Source: a virus
Taxonomy: Duplodnaviria; Caudoviricetes
DNA length: 35,920 nt
Reading direction: 5' to 3' (one strand)
IMG/VR virus record: IMGVR_UViG_3300027828_000067
Location: 1-35,920 of that record
Notes under the pieces: generated by a model
What the model saw: only the letters and a program-made list of their open reading frames with translations
What the model was told of the DNA's origin: nothing
Database searches by the model: none
Made by a program: the position numbers and the translations under genes
Shown here: positions 1 to 9,174 of the stretch, piece after piece
Layout: each line of letters opens with the position of its first letter
Position numbering within the stretch: the stretch's first letter is position 1

Positions 1-112
1 CGTGCCGAAGGGTACGGTTTGCGAGTATTGCAAAGAGCCTAACGCCCCAAGTGGGCGATGTACCAACCTACTGTGTACAAACTACCTCAATAACGAGCAA
101 ACTGCACGCTAA
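1..112 (+). CDS. 3' end of a small Cys-rich protein (VPKGTVCEYCKEPNAPSGRCTNLLCTNYLNNEQTAR*), truncated by the window edge
   Basis: Frame 2 is open from position 2 to TAA 110-112; CxxC...C-x4-C; the stop lies in the TAAC core of the attC-like site. Confidence 0.55.
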   Translation, partial: VPKGTVCEYCKEPNAPSGRCTNLLCTNYLNNEQTAR

Positions 113-198
113 CGGCTCGGCTATGTTTTGAAGCCGACACCGAGAAAGTTAGATTGAAAATATAAACCAACAAAGGCTTTTAAATATAGCTTTTGTTA
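110..198 (+). repeat. attC-like inverted-repeat site (site 1)
   Basis: TAAC 110-113; arm GCTATGTTTTGAAGCC 120-135 pairs with GGCTTTTAAATATAGC 175-190 (2 G.T, 1 T.T); GTTA 195-198. Confidence 0.75.
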
Positions 199-214
199 TA
201 AACTTTTAAAAATT

Positions 215-448
215 ATGGCAAAATGTATTCGATGCGGCGATAGTATTCCGCAACCAGACAACAGAAAAATATGCAGAGATTGTATGGGAGATTGGCGTAA
301 AATGAGAGCTATAAATTATGCCTACTGTGAAAAGACCATCGGAAAAATGGAGGGGGAACAATTTGCTCCGTTCCAAAAAGAAATGAAGCGACTTGAAAAT
401 ATATGGAGGCGCAATAAAGAAAAGTGGGCGCAAATTGTGTGCGAATAA
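215..448 (+). CDS. small zinc-finger-like cassette protein
   Basis: CIRC...CRDC; lies between GTTATAAAC (195-203) and its near-complement GTTTGTAAC (458-466). Confidence 0.65.
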   Translation: MAKCIRCGDSIPQPDNRKICRDCMGDWRKMRAINYAYCEKTIGKMEGEQFAPFQKEMKRLENIWRRNKEKWAQIVCE

Positions 449-498
449 TTTTTTATTGTTTGTAACGTAGTGCTAAATAAACCTTTTATTGCAATAAA

Positions 499-699
499 AT
501 GAAGCAATTCACAGAACGTCAAGTAATTATGATTTCACCAATACAGGCTAATAGTTTGAAAATTTTGAAGTCTAAAAAAGTGAACGTTTCCCAATTCATA
601 CGTCAAGCTATAAAGGAGAAATTACATCGAGATTGGCCAGAAATAAAAGTAAAGCATCAGCGAAAAATAGAAAATGCACCAGATTGGATGTATGATTGA
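499..699 (+). CDS. ribbon-helix-helix-like small DNA-binding protein
   Basis: Strand-helix-helix pattern with NVSQFIRQAIKEKL. Confidence 0.55.
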   Translation: MKQFTERQVIMISPIQANSLKILKSKKVNVSQFIRQAIKEKLHRDWPEIKVKHQRKIENAPDWMYD

Positions 700-735
700 T
701 TTTTCTTACACTTAATCTAATTGGTATATCTTCAT

Positions 736-765
736 AAAAAATCCCCCGGATCAACAACCGGGGGA
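736..765 (-). terminator. intrinsic terminator of the late/lysis operon
   Basis: Perfect 8-bp GC stem TCCCCCGG (742-749)/CCGGGGGA (758-765), then a U6 tract on the minus strand; lies between convergent genes. Confidence 0.8.
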
Positions 766-794
766 CCAAACTAACTAAACAAAACTTATGAGAA

Positions 795-1061
795 CTACTC
801 CTCTTTTACCAACTCTTCGTATGCGTTATAAATCTTTTCAATAACTAACTTAGATTCTTCTGGGTCTAAATCTTTAATCTCAGCAATTAGCTCCTTAGAA
901 TTCTTAATACCTTTCCACACTTTAGGTAATTCCATAGCCAATCCGAAACCCTCACCCACTGAAATCTTACCGTCGTCTAATGCCTTTAGAACTTTGGCTG
1001 TTACCGATATTAAGATGTCAATATCTTTCTCAATTACTTCAATGCCTTTTTTTTCTTCCAT
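795..1061 (-). CDS. hypothetical protein, last gene of the lysis module
   Basis: 88 aa, acidic and helical, ATG start, in operon order. Confidence 0.6.
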   Translation of the reverse strand: MEEKKGIEVIEKDIDILISVTAKVLKALDDGKISVGEGFGLAMELPKVWKGIKNSKELIAEIKDLDPEESKLVIEKIYNAYEELVKEE

Positions 1062-1063
1062 AA

Positions 1064-1195
1064 CTATTTATTTTTAAGTTTTATTTTTCGATGAATTCTC
1101 CACCGTTTGTAAAATGTATATGTCGTTTGAACTGCTGGGATTATCCAGCTTCTATTTGTCCACGCGAATTTCAATATCTTTATGGCTGCGTTCAT
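1064..1195 (-). CDS. 43-aa cationic amphipathic peptide (not in ORF track)
   Basis: MNAAIKILKFAWTNRSWIIPAVQTTYTFYKRWRIHRKIKLKNK*; ATG abuts the endolysin stop and the ORF fills the gap. Confidence 0.55.
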   Translation of the reverse strand: MNAAIKILKFAWTNRSWIIPAVQTTYTFYKRWRIHRKIKLKNK

Positions 1196-1585
1196 TTAAT
1201 TCATTTGAAAATGTCCTAAATCCCAGCCCCAATCATAACCTGATTCATTCTCAGGATGTAAGGCTCGCCAATAATCGGCAAGTATTTTCCAGTGTTCCCT
1301 GTCTTTTTTTGCACTACCTAGAAGCCTACCTTTATAAAATAGATTAATGTCGTGTGCTAGCTTTTTAAGGTGCTTGCTGAACATCGTTTTAGAGCGCGTG
1401 GTACACTTTGCTAACTTCAATGTACTTCCTACCTTAATTATTGTATATCCTTCGAAATATAATACTTGTTGATCGTGTGTGCGCCAACCTTCTCCGTGCG
1501 TTATCTCATAGCCATTTTCATTAGCAAAGATTACTAATTTTGCAAAGTTTAATGCAAAGACTGATTGCTGTTCTCTAAGTGTCAT
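1196..1585 (-). CDS. endolysin, peptidase M15 family (L-Ala-D-Glu peptidase-like)
   Basis: EGWRT..QQ, SKH-x6-D and DLGHFQ zinc-ligand motifs. Confidence 0.85.
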   Translation of the reverse strand: MTLREQQSVFALNFAKLVIFANENGYEITHGEGWRTHDQQVLYFEGYTIIKVGSTLKLAKCTTRSKTMFSKHLKKLAHDINLFYKGRLLGSAKKDREHWKILADYWRALHPENESGYDWGWDLGHFQMN

Positions 1586-1860
1586 TTTAATCTTTGAAGT
1601 ATTAAATCAAGTTTACTATCCATACTTTCCACTAAGCTTTTGTCTGCCTTTTTGTCTAATTGTTCTTGTATTAATTCATAATGCTTATCAACTGATGTTA
1701 TCTCTGCTTTTTGATCCTCAAGTCGCTTTATCCTTGCTTCATCAGCACTATTTGAATCCCTGAACCCATAAGCCCAAAATCCAATAAAAACAATTAGAAC
1801 GGCTGATAATAGATTTAGCAGCCATGCCATAAACGGTCTATCTTTTAACCAGTCGCCCAT
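1582..1860 (-). CDS. single-TM plus coiled-coil lysis protein (holin/antiholin-like)
   Basis: N-terminal hydrophobic helix and C-terminal coiled coil; directly upstream of the endolysin. Confidence 0.55.
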   Translation of the reverse strand: MGDWLKDRPFMAWLLNLLSAVLIVFIGFWAYGFRDSNSADEARIKRLEDQKAEITSVDKHYELIQEQLDKKADKSLVESMDSKLDLILQRLK

Positions 1861-2191
1861 TACTATAAATTAAAAAGATTAAAATACATCCAACCACAAC
1901 TCCGCCTGCCTCATGTGATCTATTTATTTTATTAAAAATATCAATGTCAAAAAATGAATATACATTTAAAAACAATTTCAATATAGATACGCCCATTATT
2001 ATCTTAATAACAATTGATAGTATCTTGTCACGATATGACTTTAATAATAAATGACCAAACCAAAGGCAAATAAGATTCCAAACGCAAAAATAAAAACTAC
2101 CCCAAATATCAGAATCAACATCAGCAAAAATCATGTATGCAGCTACGAGTAATACTAGTATTAGTCCAAATATATTTTTTGCAGTTATCAT
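1838..2191 (-). CDS. four-TM membrane protein (possible holin)
   Basis: Four hydrophobic segments in 117 aa; in the lysis cluster. Confidence 0.5.
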   Translation of the reverse strand: MITAKNIFGLILVLLVAAYMIFADVDSDIWGSFYFCVWNLICLWFGHLLLKSYRDKILSIVIKIIMGVSILKLFLNVYSFFDIDIFNKINRSHEAGGVVVGCILIFLIYSNGRLVKR

Positions 2192-2274
2192 TTCTTTTTT
2201 GGAACTGTTGGCTTTTTTGTCGTTGGTTCTGTTTCTTTTGTGGGTAATTTCGGTTTTGTAGGTCTAATCGCCAT
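2188..2274 (-). CDS. 28-aa Pro/Lys/Thr-rich peptide (not in ORF track)
   Basis: MAIRPTKPKLPTKETEPTTKKPTVPKKK*; ATGA overlap with the next gene. Confidence 0.45.
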   Translation of the reverse strand: MAIRPTKPKLPTKETEPTTKKPTVPKKK

Positions 2275-2379
2275 AATATTACTTTTTTATGTAAAGTTAA
2301 AAATTATTTTATAAAAAAAACACATTACTTGGGTATATTTCGAGTGAGCCAGTCTATTAGCTTCCTTAATAATGATTTT

Positions 2380-3822
2380 CTATTTTTCATTGATTAACTG
2401 CTTTAATTCATACATTATAGTATTTGAGCAAGGATATTTGCCTTTTGGTTTTTCGGCTCGCTCCAGTAGGATTAATCTATCTTCCAGTTTGTCTATTTGT
2501 TTTTGCTGTTCTTTTATTGCTTCTATAAGATGTGGGATTATCGCGTCATAATCTACTGAATAATACCCATTATTATATTGTTTTACGGCTTCAGGGATTA
2601 TGTTTTGAATCTCCTGAGCTATTACCCCTGAGCTTTCTCTAGCTTTGTAGTCTTGATTGACCTTAATATCAAAAGCAGCATCCTGAGCTTTCTTAGGTAA
2701 TTGTTCGTTCGGAATCCAATCAAAAGCATAAGTATTTAATGCAAGTATTTTGCTTAGCGAACTGTGCAATGTTCTGAAATTCTTTTTCATGCGGAAGTCT
2801 GAACCTGCGGTTGTTTCGATAACAATCCCTGCTGAAGTTACTTCTAAATTATAGGCGGCTGTCCCTGTATGCGTGCCTGTTCCGTAAGTGCCAAAATAAA
2901 TCTTATTATTCGCAGCCCCATCGATAGTTATTGCTGGCTCATTGTCAGTTTCATTAAATATAGCAAAAGAACTACTCCCATTCGTTATCGAAAAATCATC
3001 ATCAGAACCATCTGTGTCATCCAAATACAGGGTTGGTATTGAATTTGTTATTCGCATATCGTTGGTAAACAATGAAGTGCCGTCAACTTGGAACTTATAT
3101 GTTGTTGCCGTTGCACTCCCTATCCTCACATTATCACCTGTTGCAGTTAGATAGGTAGTCGTACCCCCATCAGCCCAAAGACCACCCACAGCAGCCCCAA
3201 AAGTCAATTCACCATCAGATTGAATATAAACTACATTTGCTGAAGTTCCTGCGTCTAGGTCGGCTCTGACGCCTGAGCTACTAATGTATATTGATTTTGT
3301 ATCTCCCCTGAGTGTTAACTGAGCTGTATTCGCATCTACTAATAACCCCACAGACGTTCCTATTATCTGCCCATTGAATGCCGCACCGTCTTTGAAGTAC
3401 AATTGTGAAGTTGATGAGCTAATCGACTGTGCACCTGTCCATGTATTACTCGCACCCAATTGACCATACCTACCATCAATATCAATTGTATTTCCACCGC
3501 TTATAGTTATCTGACCGTTTCCTCCGTTCCAAGACAGCGTTTGAGGTGCAGTAGACGGCAGCCCAACTTTCCATACCCTGCCTTCTTCATCAATAACGAG
3601 CGTGTCACCTGTGCTAATATAGACAGTATCTATTTTATACGTTTTGATCTCGGTCTTAAACGAAACCCCATCTTCTACAACTTCAAGTGAATCAACCACA
3701 GGGTCGTAATCCACAATTGAAACCCTCCCCACATCTATTTTAGCTGCCGAAATAGCCCGTCCTTTTTTCTGTCCGTAAGTTGCAACAGATAGAAATATTA
3801 ATATGATTGTTAGTATTTTCAT
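2380..3822 (-). CDS. tail fibre protein with C-terminal peptidase S74 intramolecular chaperone and N-terminal signal peptide
   Basis: SDFRMKKN..L..I..L....FDW, GVIAQEIQ..IPEAV, VDYDAIIPHLIEAIKEQQ; G/T/S-rich beta body; N-terminus MKILTIILIFLSVATYG|Q. Confidence 0.85.
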   Translation of the reverse strand: MKILTIILIFLSVATYGQKKGRAISAAKIDVGRVSIVDYDPVVDSLEVVEDGVSFKTEIKTYKIDTVYISTGDTLVIDEEGRVWKVGLPSTAPQTLSWNGGNGQITISGGNTIDIDGRYGQLGASNTWTGAQSISSSTSQLYFKDGAAFNGQIIGTSVGLLVDANTAQLTLRGDTKSIYISSSGVRADLDAGTSANVVYIQSDGELTFGAAVGGLWADGGTTTYLTATGDNVRIGSATATTYKFQVDGTSLFTNDMRITNSIPTLYLDDTDGSDDDFSITNGSSSFAIFNETDNEPAITIDGAANNKIYFGTYGTGTHTGTAAYNLEVTSAGIVIETTAGSDFRMKKNFRTLHSSLSKILALNTYAFDWIPNEQLPKKAQDAAFDIKVNQDYKARESSGVIAQEIQNIIPEAVKQYNNGYYSVDYDAIIPHLIEAIKEQQKQIDKLEDRLILLERAEKPKGKYPCSNTIMYELKQLINEK

Positions 3823-4322
3823 TTGATTGTATCTTTTTGTGGTATTATTGAAACTTCATCTAATTTTACAACTGCAGGATAAGTCCATAACGCATCTGGA
3901 CTGGCTTTTAGCTTGTACGCTTTATCCAAGTAAAGCCATTTTTGTATGTCCTTTGGCTTGTCTGCTAATCCTTTTGTTGATCTTAAAACCTTTTGGCAAA
4001 TTGTTATTTTCCCAGATCGCCACAACTTAAAGATAGGTTTCTTTAGTGGATGGTAATTTATCCCGGCAATTACAGTATCTCTCTTGTATGATTTAGACTT
4101 GAATATATTATCAACTAATTCGAGTTTAACAAAAGGTGGGTAAGCAGTTGTTTGCATCATTATGGAGTCATTCACAACATCCCCTAAATATCTAATATTA
4201 TAGCTTCCTAAATCCAAGATAATAGGGCTCATATTTATTTTGATAGTATCTTTAGGGATAACAATCTGAGCCTGTCCGTAAACAGAAGCCAGAACGAATA
4301 GTAATATAATTAATCTTTTCAT
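3819..4322 (-). CDS. hypothetical secreted protein in the tail-fibre cluster
   Basis: Signal peptide MKRLIILLFVLASVYGQA|Q. Confidence 0.65.
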   Translation of the reverse strand: MKRLIILLFVLASVYGQAQIVIPKDTIKINMSPIILDLGSYNIRYLGDVVNDSIMMQTTAYPPFVKLELVDNIFKSKSYKRDTVIAGINYHPLKKPIFKLWRSGKITICQKVLRSTKGLADKPKDIQKWLYLDKAYKLKASPDALWTYPAVVKLDEVSIIPQKDTIK

Positions 4323-4324
4323 GC

Positions 4325-5125
4325 TTATTTATTTAATGCAAAATATTCTTTTGCGTAGTTATTAAATTTTTCAAAGTCTCCATCGTTTAAGTAGTTTTCG
4401 TAAACGTACAATAAACCGTTTCCTGAATTGTATAATTGCTTTACTCCTATTAATGACAACGCTCTGTAGTACACTGAAGTATCGTCAATATATCCTCCAA
4501 AATAATTAGTTGGAGTATTATCCGCGCTTACCCCGATGGTCACATTTTCAAGACCTATCCCAGACACAGATATAGTCCCTGTTGCAACTAAAGCTCCATT
4601 AAAATATAATTTTCTTGAAATTGCTGACTCCCACACCGCAACTATGTGAAGCCATTCACCTGAGGTGAAATTATATTGATACGCATTATCTCTAACAGTT
4701 CCGTCATAACTCCTAATAACTATATTATCGTTGACTCCTCCATTGTAGTCTAAATAAACGGAGTGATAGAATGCATCTGTTCCAGATGATGCCGAAAATA
4801 TATTGCTATTTGATGTAGTACCATTGTGCTTTACCCAGGAGCTGACACAGAAAGGATAAGATATACCAATATTGCCTATTGCTATACTATTACTAGTGCC
4901 GTTATAGCTATAGCATTTGCCGATTTTACCTGTTTGGTTAATTGTCGCCCCGTTTATTGTTCCGTCATTGGAGTTTTTAGTTTCATCAAATGCAGTTGTT
5001 CCGATTGTTTCTTCAAACTTCATGTACATTACTAGTCCATTGCGCAAGTTGACAGTAGGGAGTCTGAATTGTCCTACCGAAATAAGCGAACAAAAAACTA
5101 ATAATATCGTTATAATTCTTCTCAT
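4325..5125 (-). CDS. LamG/concanavalin A-like lectin domain protein with signal peptide
   Basis: GLVMYMKFEE, GKIGKCYSYNG, WLHIVAVW, LYFNG, FGGYIDD..VYYRALS; likely start MRRIITILLVFCSLISVG|Q. Confidence 0.85.
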   Translation of the reverse strand: MRRIITILLVFCSLISVGQFRLPTVNLRNGLVMYMKFEETIGTTAFDETKNSNDGTINGATINQTGKIGKCYSYNGTSNSIAIGNIGISYPFCVSSWVKHNGTTSNSNIFSASSGTDAFYHSVYLDYNGGVNDNIVIRSYDGTVRDNAYQYNFTSGEWLHIVAVWESAISRKLYFNGALVATGTISVSGIGLENVTIGVSADNTPTNYFGGYIDDTSVYYRALSLIGVKQLYNSGNGLLYVYENYLNDGDFEKFNNYAKEYFALNK

Positions 5126-5127
5126 AA

Positions 5128-8100
5128 TTATCTCCATTCTATTGTTACATATAAAATTTCGTCGCGTCTCTTGTAATGAATAATTGTATATGTACTTGCG
5201 TCTGGTTGGATATTACTAACTATACCCTCATCTATCGACGTAACGCCTGTTATATTCTCAGCAAAGGCTAAAGTTCTGCTACCTGTTGCATCTTGTCTTA
5301 ACTCAATGTCTCCATTACCAAAATCTGGTACGTCTTGAAATGTAATAGTAGCGTTTGTAGCAAGCACTAATTCAGCATCATTACCCAAGTCATAATCAAA
5401 AGTAATAGCTGCACCGCTTGTTAGTGTTTGCCTTGAATCTGAGCTTCCTGTATATAAAGAGTCTGCTTGCCCTTTGGTTACATACTCCGCATCGAGCACA
5501 GCGTCATCGCCCGATACTGTTCCTGAAAAATCAGCATTGCCCCAATAATCGACAGTTAACAATCTAGTGCTGTCTAAATTTTCAATTGCAAAATACGTGT
5601 TAATATTGCTTGTGTTGCCAATCCTATTCGTTATTGAGCCTATATTGTCACTACTTAGGGACCTGTTTTCGATTACAAATTTAGCTAATGACCCACCTTC
5701 GTGGAATAGATTAGTCTGATAATTTGCCAATCCCTTGCGCCTTGCTATTGTTATACCATCTTTATCAACATCAGTGCCAACATTCACCCTTATATCTCCA
5801 TCAGCTCCGTCTGACTCACTACCAAGTTCTATTCCTATGGGGCTATAATTATTAACAGCGACAACTTCTTCTAGTCCAATAGTATCAACTCGCTCTGTAG
5901 TCGCTATCGTAGAAGTATCAACTGCAATAGTTGCAGCAGAGGCCGCGTAATTTACATTTATTCCATACCCTCCTATTATTGTATCTGCTCCAGATGTTTG
6001 TTCCTCAATCAAAAATCCCACATCAATTTCAAGCTGCAATCCACCATCAACGCCTGTGCCAATAAACAAATAAACATCTCCAACCTCATAAAGCTGTGTA
6101 GTGTCTGCTGTTTCCCCTGCTACCGAAGTGGATAGAAAGTAATTCATACCAACTACCCAAGAACCTTTATCGTATAATCCTGAATGCTGATATGTAAAAG
6201 TATTAACGTCAATTACCTCATAAACTATTCCTATTACGTTGGCATTGTCTGGATTGTTCGCAATAGCCTTTGCGTTGTAATCTATCACATCACCAACTAC
6301 GAATCCGTGAGATGCTAAAGTGATTGTGTCAAGTGCTGCCTGTTTAACATCTGCCTGATTAATAGTAATTGTTTTAGGAGTCGTTTGGTTTAGAGTAAAT
6401 GTCTCAGGTGAGTTCTCGACTGCTGAGCCTTGTATGGTTACTAATCCGTCACCTATGGTTGGGGTGTTGTTTACTTGTGAATAATCAACACTGAAACCTG
6501 CTGAGTCAAATTCCGTTAAAAGAACATCCCCGGCCAATACGTTTTCTAATGCAGTGCCGTCCGCGCTTGCTCTCTGAAATGCTAATGCAATAAGACTGGA
6601 TGGTGTATCATCAAGTTGTGTGTAGTCCGTAATTCCAGAACTTCCTGTGCCACCACCCACCGTATTGTTAGGCATATATCCTCTCAAATCTAAATATCCA
6701 GTGCCTGAATTATAAGTGAAGTTGCCCCCTGATCTTCTGATTGTAAAACGTCCAATCAAAAAACCAACTCCTCTAAAGTCTCTTGGGATAGTGTAATTAG
6801 TAAAATTGTCAGGGTCTTCAACTGCTGCATCTTCCTGTAAATATCCATCACTAGGAAGATTGCACATTAAATGGCTAATCTCACCTGTCTTATTGCAAAC
6901 TCCCCAAATAACAATATTACCCCACTCATTATTCCAATTACTACCATCTGAATAAACGGTTATGTCGTTTAGATTAGTTGTATTTCGATATGGTGACACC
7001 GGGTCATTTACTATATTAATACCGTCACCAGACGACATCTCAATAGTAGGGAATGTTTGCAAGTGCATTTGCCAAACCTTGCCACCTGTAACGTCAATAT
7101 AAACGTTAGTGGGTGTGCCTAGTAGGCTAGCAGCCGTTCCGCTTTCCCATTCTGCATTCATTACTCTTATTCGTTCTGCCATATGCAAAACGTGACCGTT
7201 ATCGTCATCTGATTTAAAGTGATCGTTAATATTCTGATTTCTCAAGGCGCCGTAGTCTTGAGTAGATACGGCATCTGCTATGATTAATGTCGCCACCTTG
7301 GAATGCTCTATAATTGGATAACCGCCTGAGCTTACTTGTAGTGTTCGTGTTGCTGCATCAATGTAAGCGTATTGAATCTGTGGCGTTGTTGCTGTTCCTG
7401 AAATTAACTGTATCGTGTCTGGAACTTGGAAGTCATACCATCCGTCACTATAAACAAGCGTTAACTTGTCTGAGCCGTTCGGATTGGACAGAATGCCGTA
7501 AGAATTAATGCCGTCTGAGTAGGTTCTAAAATCAAATGTTTCCCTAATCGCGCCATCAAAATAATGCGTTATAGAGTTCCTGTAGTTTACTCCATCACTA
7601 CGCCATTGAATTATTCCATCAGTTACGCCTGTTTTTATACATAACCCAACCGGATAGTCGTAATATGGAAACTGTGGATTTTCATTTGTAAAATATCCTA
7701 ATGAATCAACATAAATAGCGCCTAGAGTTAATGTGCCTGTGTTTATATCATTGACTTTTCCTTCTATTGAAACTATTAATCCCTTAGTATATGGTGGTAT
7801 ATCTGCTGTTGTAACTCCGAAAAAGTCATGACGTTCTGTTTTTGACACGTACCTAACTGCTACTAAATCGTTAGCAATCCCATCAACACCAATTACCCTA
7901 CCATCCTTTAGCGTATCGGCAGTATTGTTGTAAACAGTAGTCAATGACTCCTGATTTACTTGCATCCTTATTCCGTTCGGCAAGTTGACGGTTAATGTAA
8001 GGTTTGCAGTGTCGGCATAAATAGTATATTCAGTTGTAGGAATTGGTATTACGTCTGGGTTAAATGTTATTGAATCAAATGGCTGTCCGAGTTGCCGCCA

Positions 8101-8538
8101 AAGCAACTCATTATCTGCGCCGTTAATCTTCCAGCGTGCAGACAAATCCAGTGTAGAGTAATCAACCGAACCAACATATTCAGCGACTCCACCCCCTACT
8201 GATTTATAGCATCTTGCTATCTGATTTGTCTGAGGTGCTTGTCCTGTTTCGTACTGGTCCCAAACTGATATTGTCGTAGATGTTGAATCAATTACTAAAT
8301 ATCTATGACCAATAAAGTCAACAACGTAATTTCCTATCTTTCGTTCAATTGCTCCGGGGTCGTTATAGTCAAAAGGTTCTGCTGCAAATTCGTAAGTTGA
8401 GTCTGTCAATATCACAACATCCGCAGGGTAAAACTTCCAGTCTATTTCCCTGTAATACTCATCTTGCAGGCTGTCTTGGATTTGCGAATATCCAACAAAT
8501 GAAAATAAAACAAATAATATAATTAATAATTTTCTCAT
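5128..8538 (-). CDS. large tail fibre/spike-like protein with signal peptide
   Basis: 1136 aa, acidic and beta-rich; C-terminal LRQDATGSRTLAF motif typical of phage tail proteins; N-terminus MRKLLIILFVLFSFVGYS|Q. Confidence 0.7.
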   Translation of the reverse strand: MRKLLIILFVLFSFVGYSQIQDSLQDEYYREIDWKFYPADVVILTDSTYEFAAEPFDYNDPGAIERKIGNYVVDFIGHRYLVIDSTSTTISVWDQYETGQAPQTNQIARCYKSVGGGVAEYVGSVDYSTLDLSARWKINGADNELLWRQLGQPFDSITFNPDVIPIPTTEYTIYADTANLTLTVNLPNGIRMQVNQESLTTVYNNTADTLKDGRVIGVDGIANDLVAVRYVSKTERHDFFGVTTADIPPYTKGLIVSIEGKVNDINTGTLTLGAIYVDSLGYFTNENPQFPYYDYPVGLCIKTGVTDGIIQWRSDGVNYRNSITHYFDGAIRETFDFRTYSDGINSYGILSNPNGSDKLTLVYSDGWYDFQVPDTIQLISGTATTPQIQYAYIDAATRTLQVSSGGYPIIEHSKVATLIIADAVSTQDYGALRNQNINDHFKSDDDNGHVLHMAERIRVMNAEWESGTAASLLGTPTNVYIDVTGGKVWQMHLQTFPTIEMSSGDGINIVNDPVSPYRNTTNLNDITVYSDGSNWNNEWGNIVIWGVCNKTGEISHLMCNLPSDGYLQEDAAVEDPDNFTNYTIPRDFRGVGFLIGRFTIRRSGGNFTYNSGTGYLDLRGYMPNNTVGGGTGSSGITDYTQLDDTPSSLIALAFQRASADGTALENVLAGDVLLTEFDSAGFSVDYSQVNNTPTIGDGLVTIQGSAVENSPETFTLNQTTPKTITINQADVKQAALDTITLASHGFVVGDVIDYNAKAIANNPDNANVIGIVYEVIDVNTFTYQHSGLYDKGSWVVGMNYFLSTSVAGETADTTQLYEVGDVYLFIGTGVDGGLQLEIDVGFLIEEQTSGADTIIGGYGINVNYAASAATIAVDTSTIATTERVDTIGLEEVVAVNNYSPIGIELGSESDGADGDIRVNVGTDVDKDGITIARRKGLANYQTNLFHEGGSLAKFVIENRSLSSDNIGSITNRIGNTSNINTYFAIENLDSTRLLTVDYWGNADFSGTVSGDDAVLDAEYVTKGQADSLYTGSSDSRQTLTSGAAITFDYDLGNDAELVLATNATITFQDVPDFGNGDIELRQDATGSRTLAFAENITGVTSIDEGIVSNIQPDASTYTIIHYKRRDEILYVTIEWR

Positions 8539-9173
8539 ACGAATATCATATATACTTTTATAACTTTATTTATTGTAGCCAAACTTTGAATTTTCAAGGT
8601 GTCTTCATCAGTTGTTATTATACCATTATAGGCTGCTGTGTTAAAGAGCTGCTGCTCCTCCGTCCCTGTTACGGCAAAGATAGAAACTTGTGCAACTCTT
8701 CTTGCTTCTCCATGCGTTACTATTAAATCTGTTCCTGAAGCCGCAATAGACCAACCAAGTGGAAGTGTTGCTCCAGATATGCGTCCAGCAACAGTGGTAG
8801 ATGCTGGTAATGTCATTTCGAATAATGTCTGTGGTAACTCTAACGCATATCTTCCATCTAAATTAACAGTGTAGTCTAAAACGGCATCTTTGTAAAATTC
8901 AAGATTACCAGTTGTGTCATCCCATACAGCAGAAGTCCAACCGCTTGCGCCGCTTGCGGAATAGGCTAAATAAATACCGTCCGACCAAGTAGCACCAAAG
9001 TCACCTGATAGTCTCATATATAAATCACCACTAGCCCAAGGGTAATGCCATGTTGCATTATCTGCGCTGAACTGTATTTGAAAACCTAAAGCATTCAAAT
9101 ATGTAATTATAGAGTTTAGCTCTGTTCTTGCGCTTAATCCGCTATCACCATCGTCTATTTCTGTAAATGCCAT
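8535..9173 (-). CDS. minor tail protein
   Basis: IDDGDSGLSARTELN N-terminus resembles phage fibre-attachment segments; located after the tail hub gene. Confidence 0.55.
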   Translation of the reverse strand: MAFTEIDDGDSGLSARTELNSIITYLNALGFQIQFSADNATWHYPWASGDLYMRLSGDFGATWSDGIYLAYSASGASGWTSAVWDDTTGNLEFYKDAVLDYTVNLDGRYALELPQTLFEMTLPASTTVAGRISGATLPLGWSIAASGTDLIVTHGEARRVAQVSIFAVTGTEEQQLFNTAAYNGIITTDEDTLKIQSLATINKVIKVYMIFV

Positions 9174-9174
9174 T

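Noticed and set aside
110-198. Site 1 as a simple intrinsic terminator
   Set aside because: It has a 39-nt loop and an AT-rich stem, and its geometry exactly matches sites A-C; a secondary terminating effect is not excluded
2380-8538. Diversity-generating retroelement targeting the fibre genes
   Set aside because: No reverse transcriptase and no TR/VR repeat pair noticed in the window
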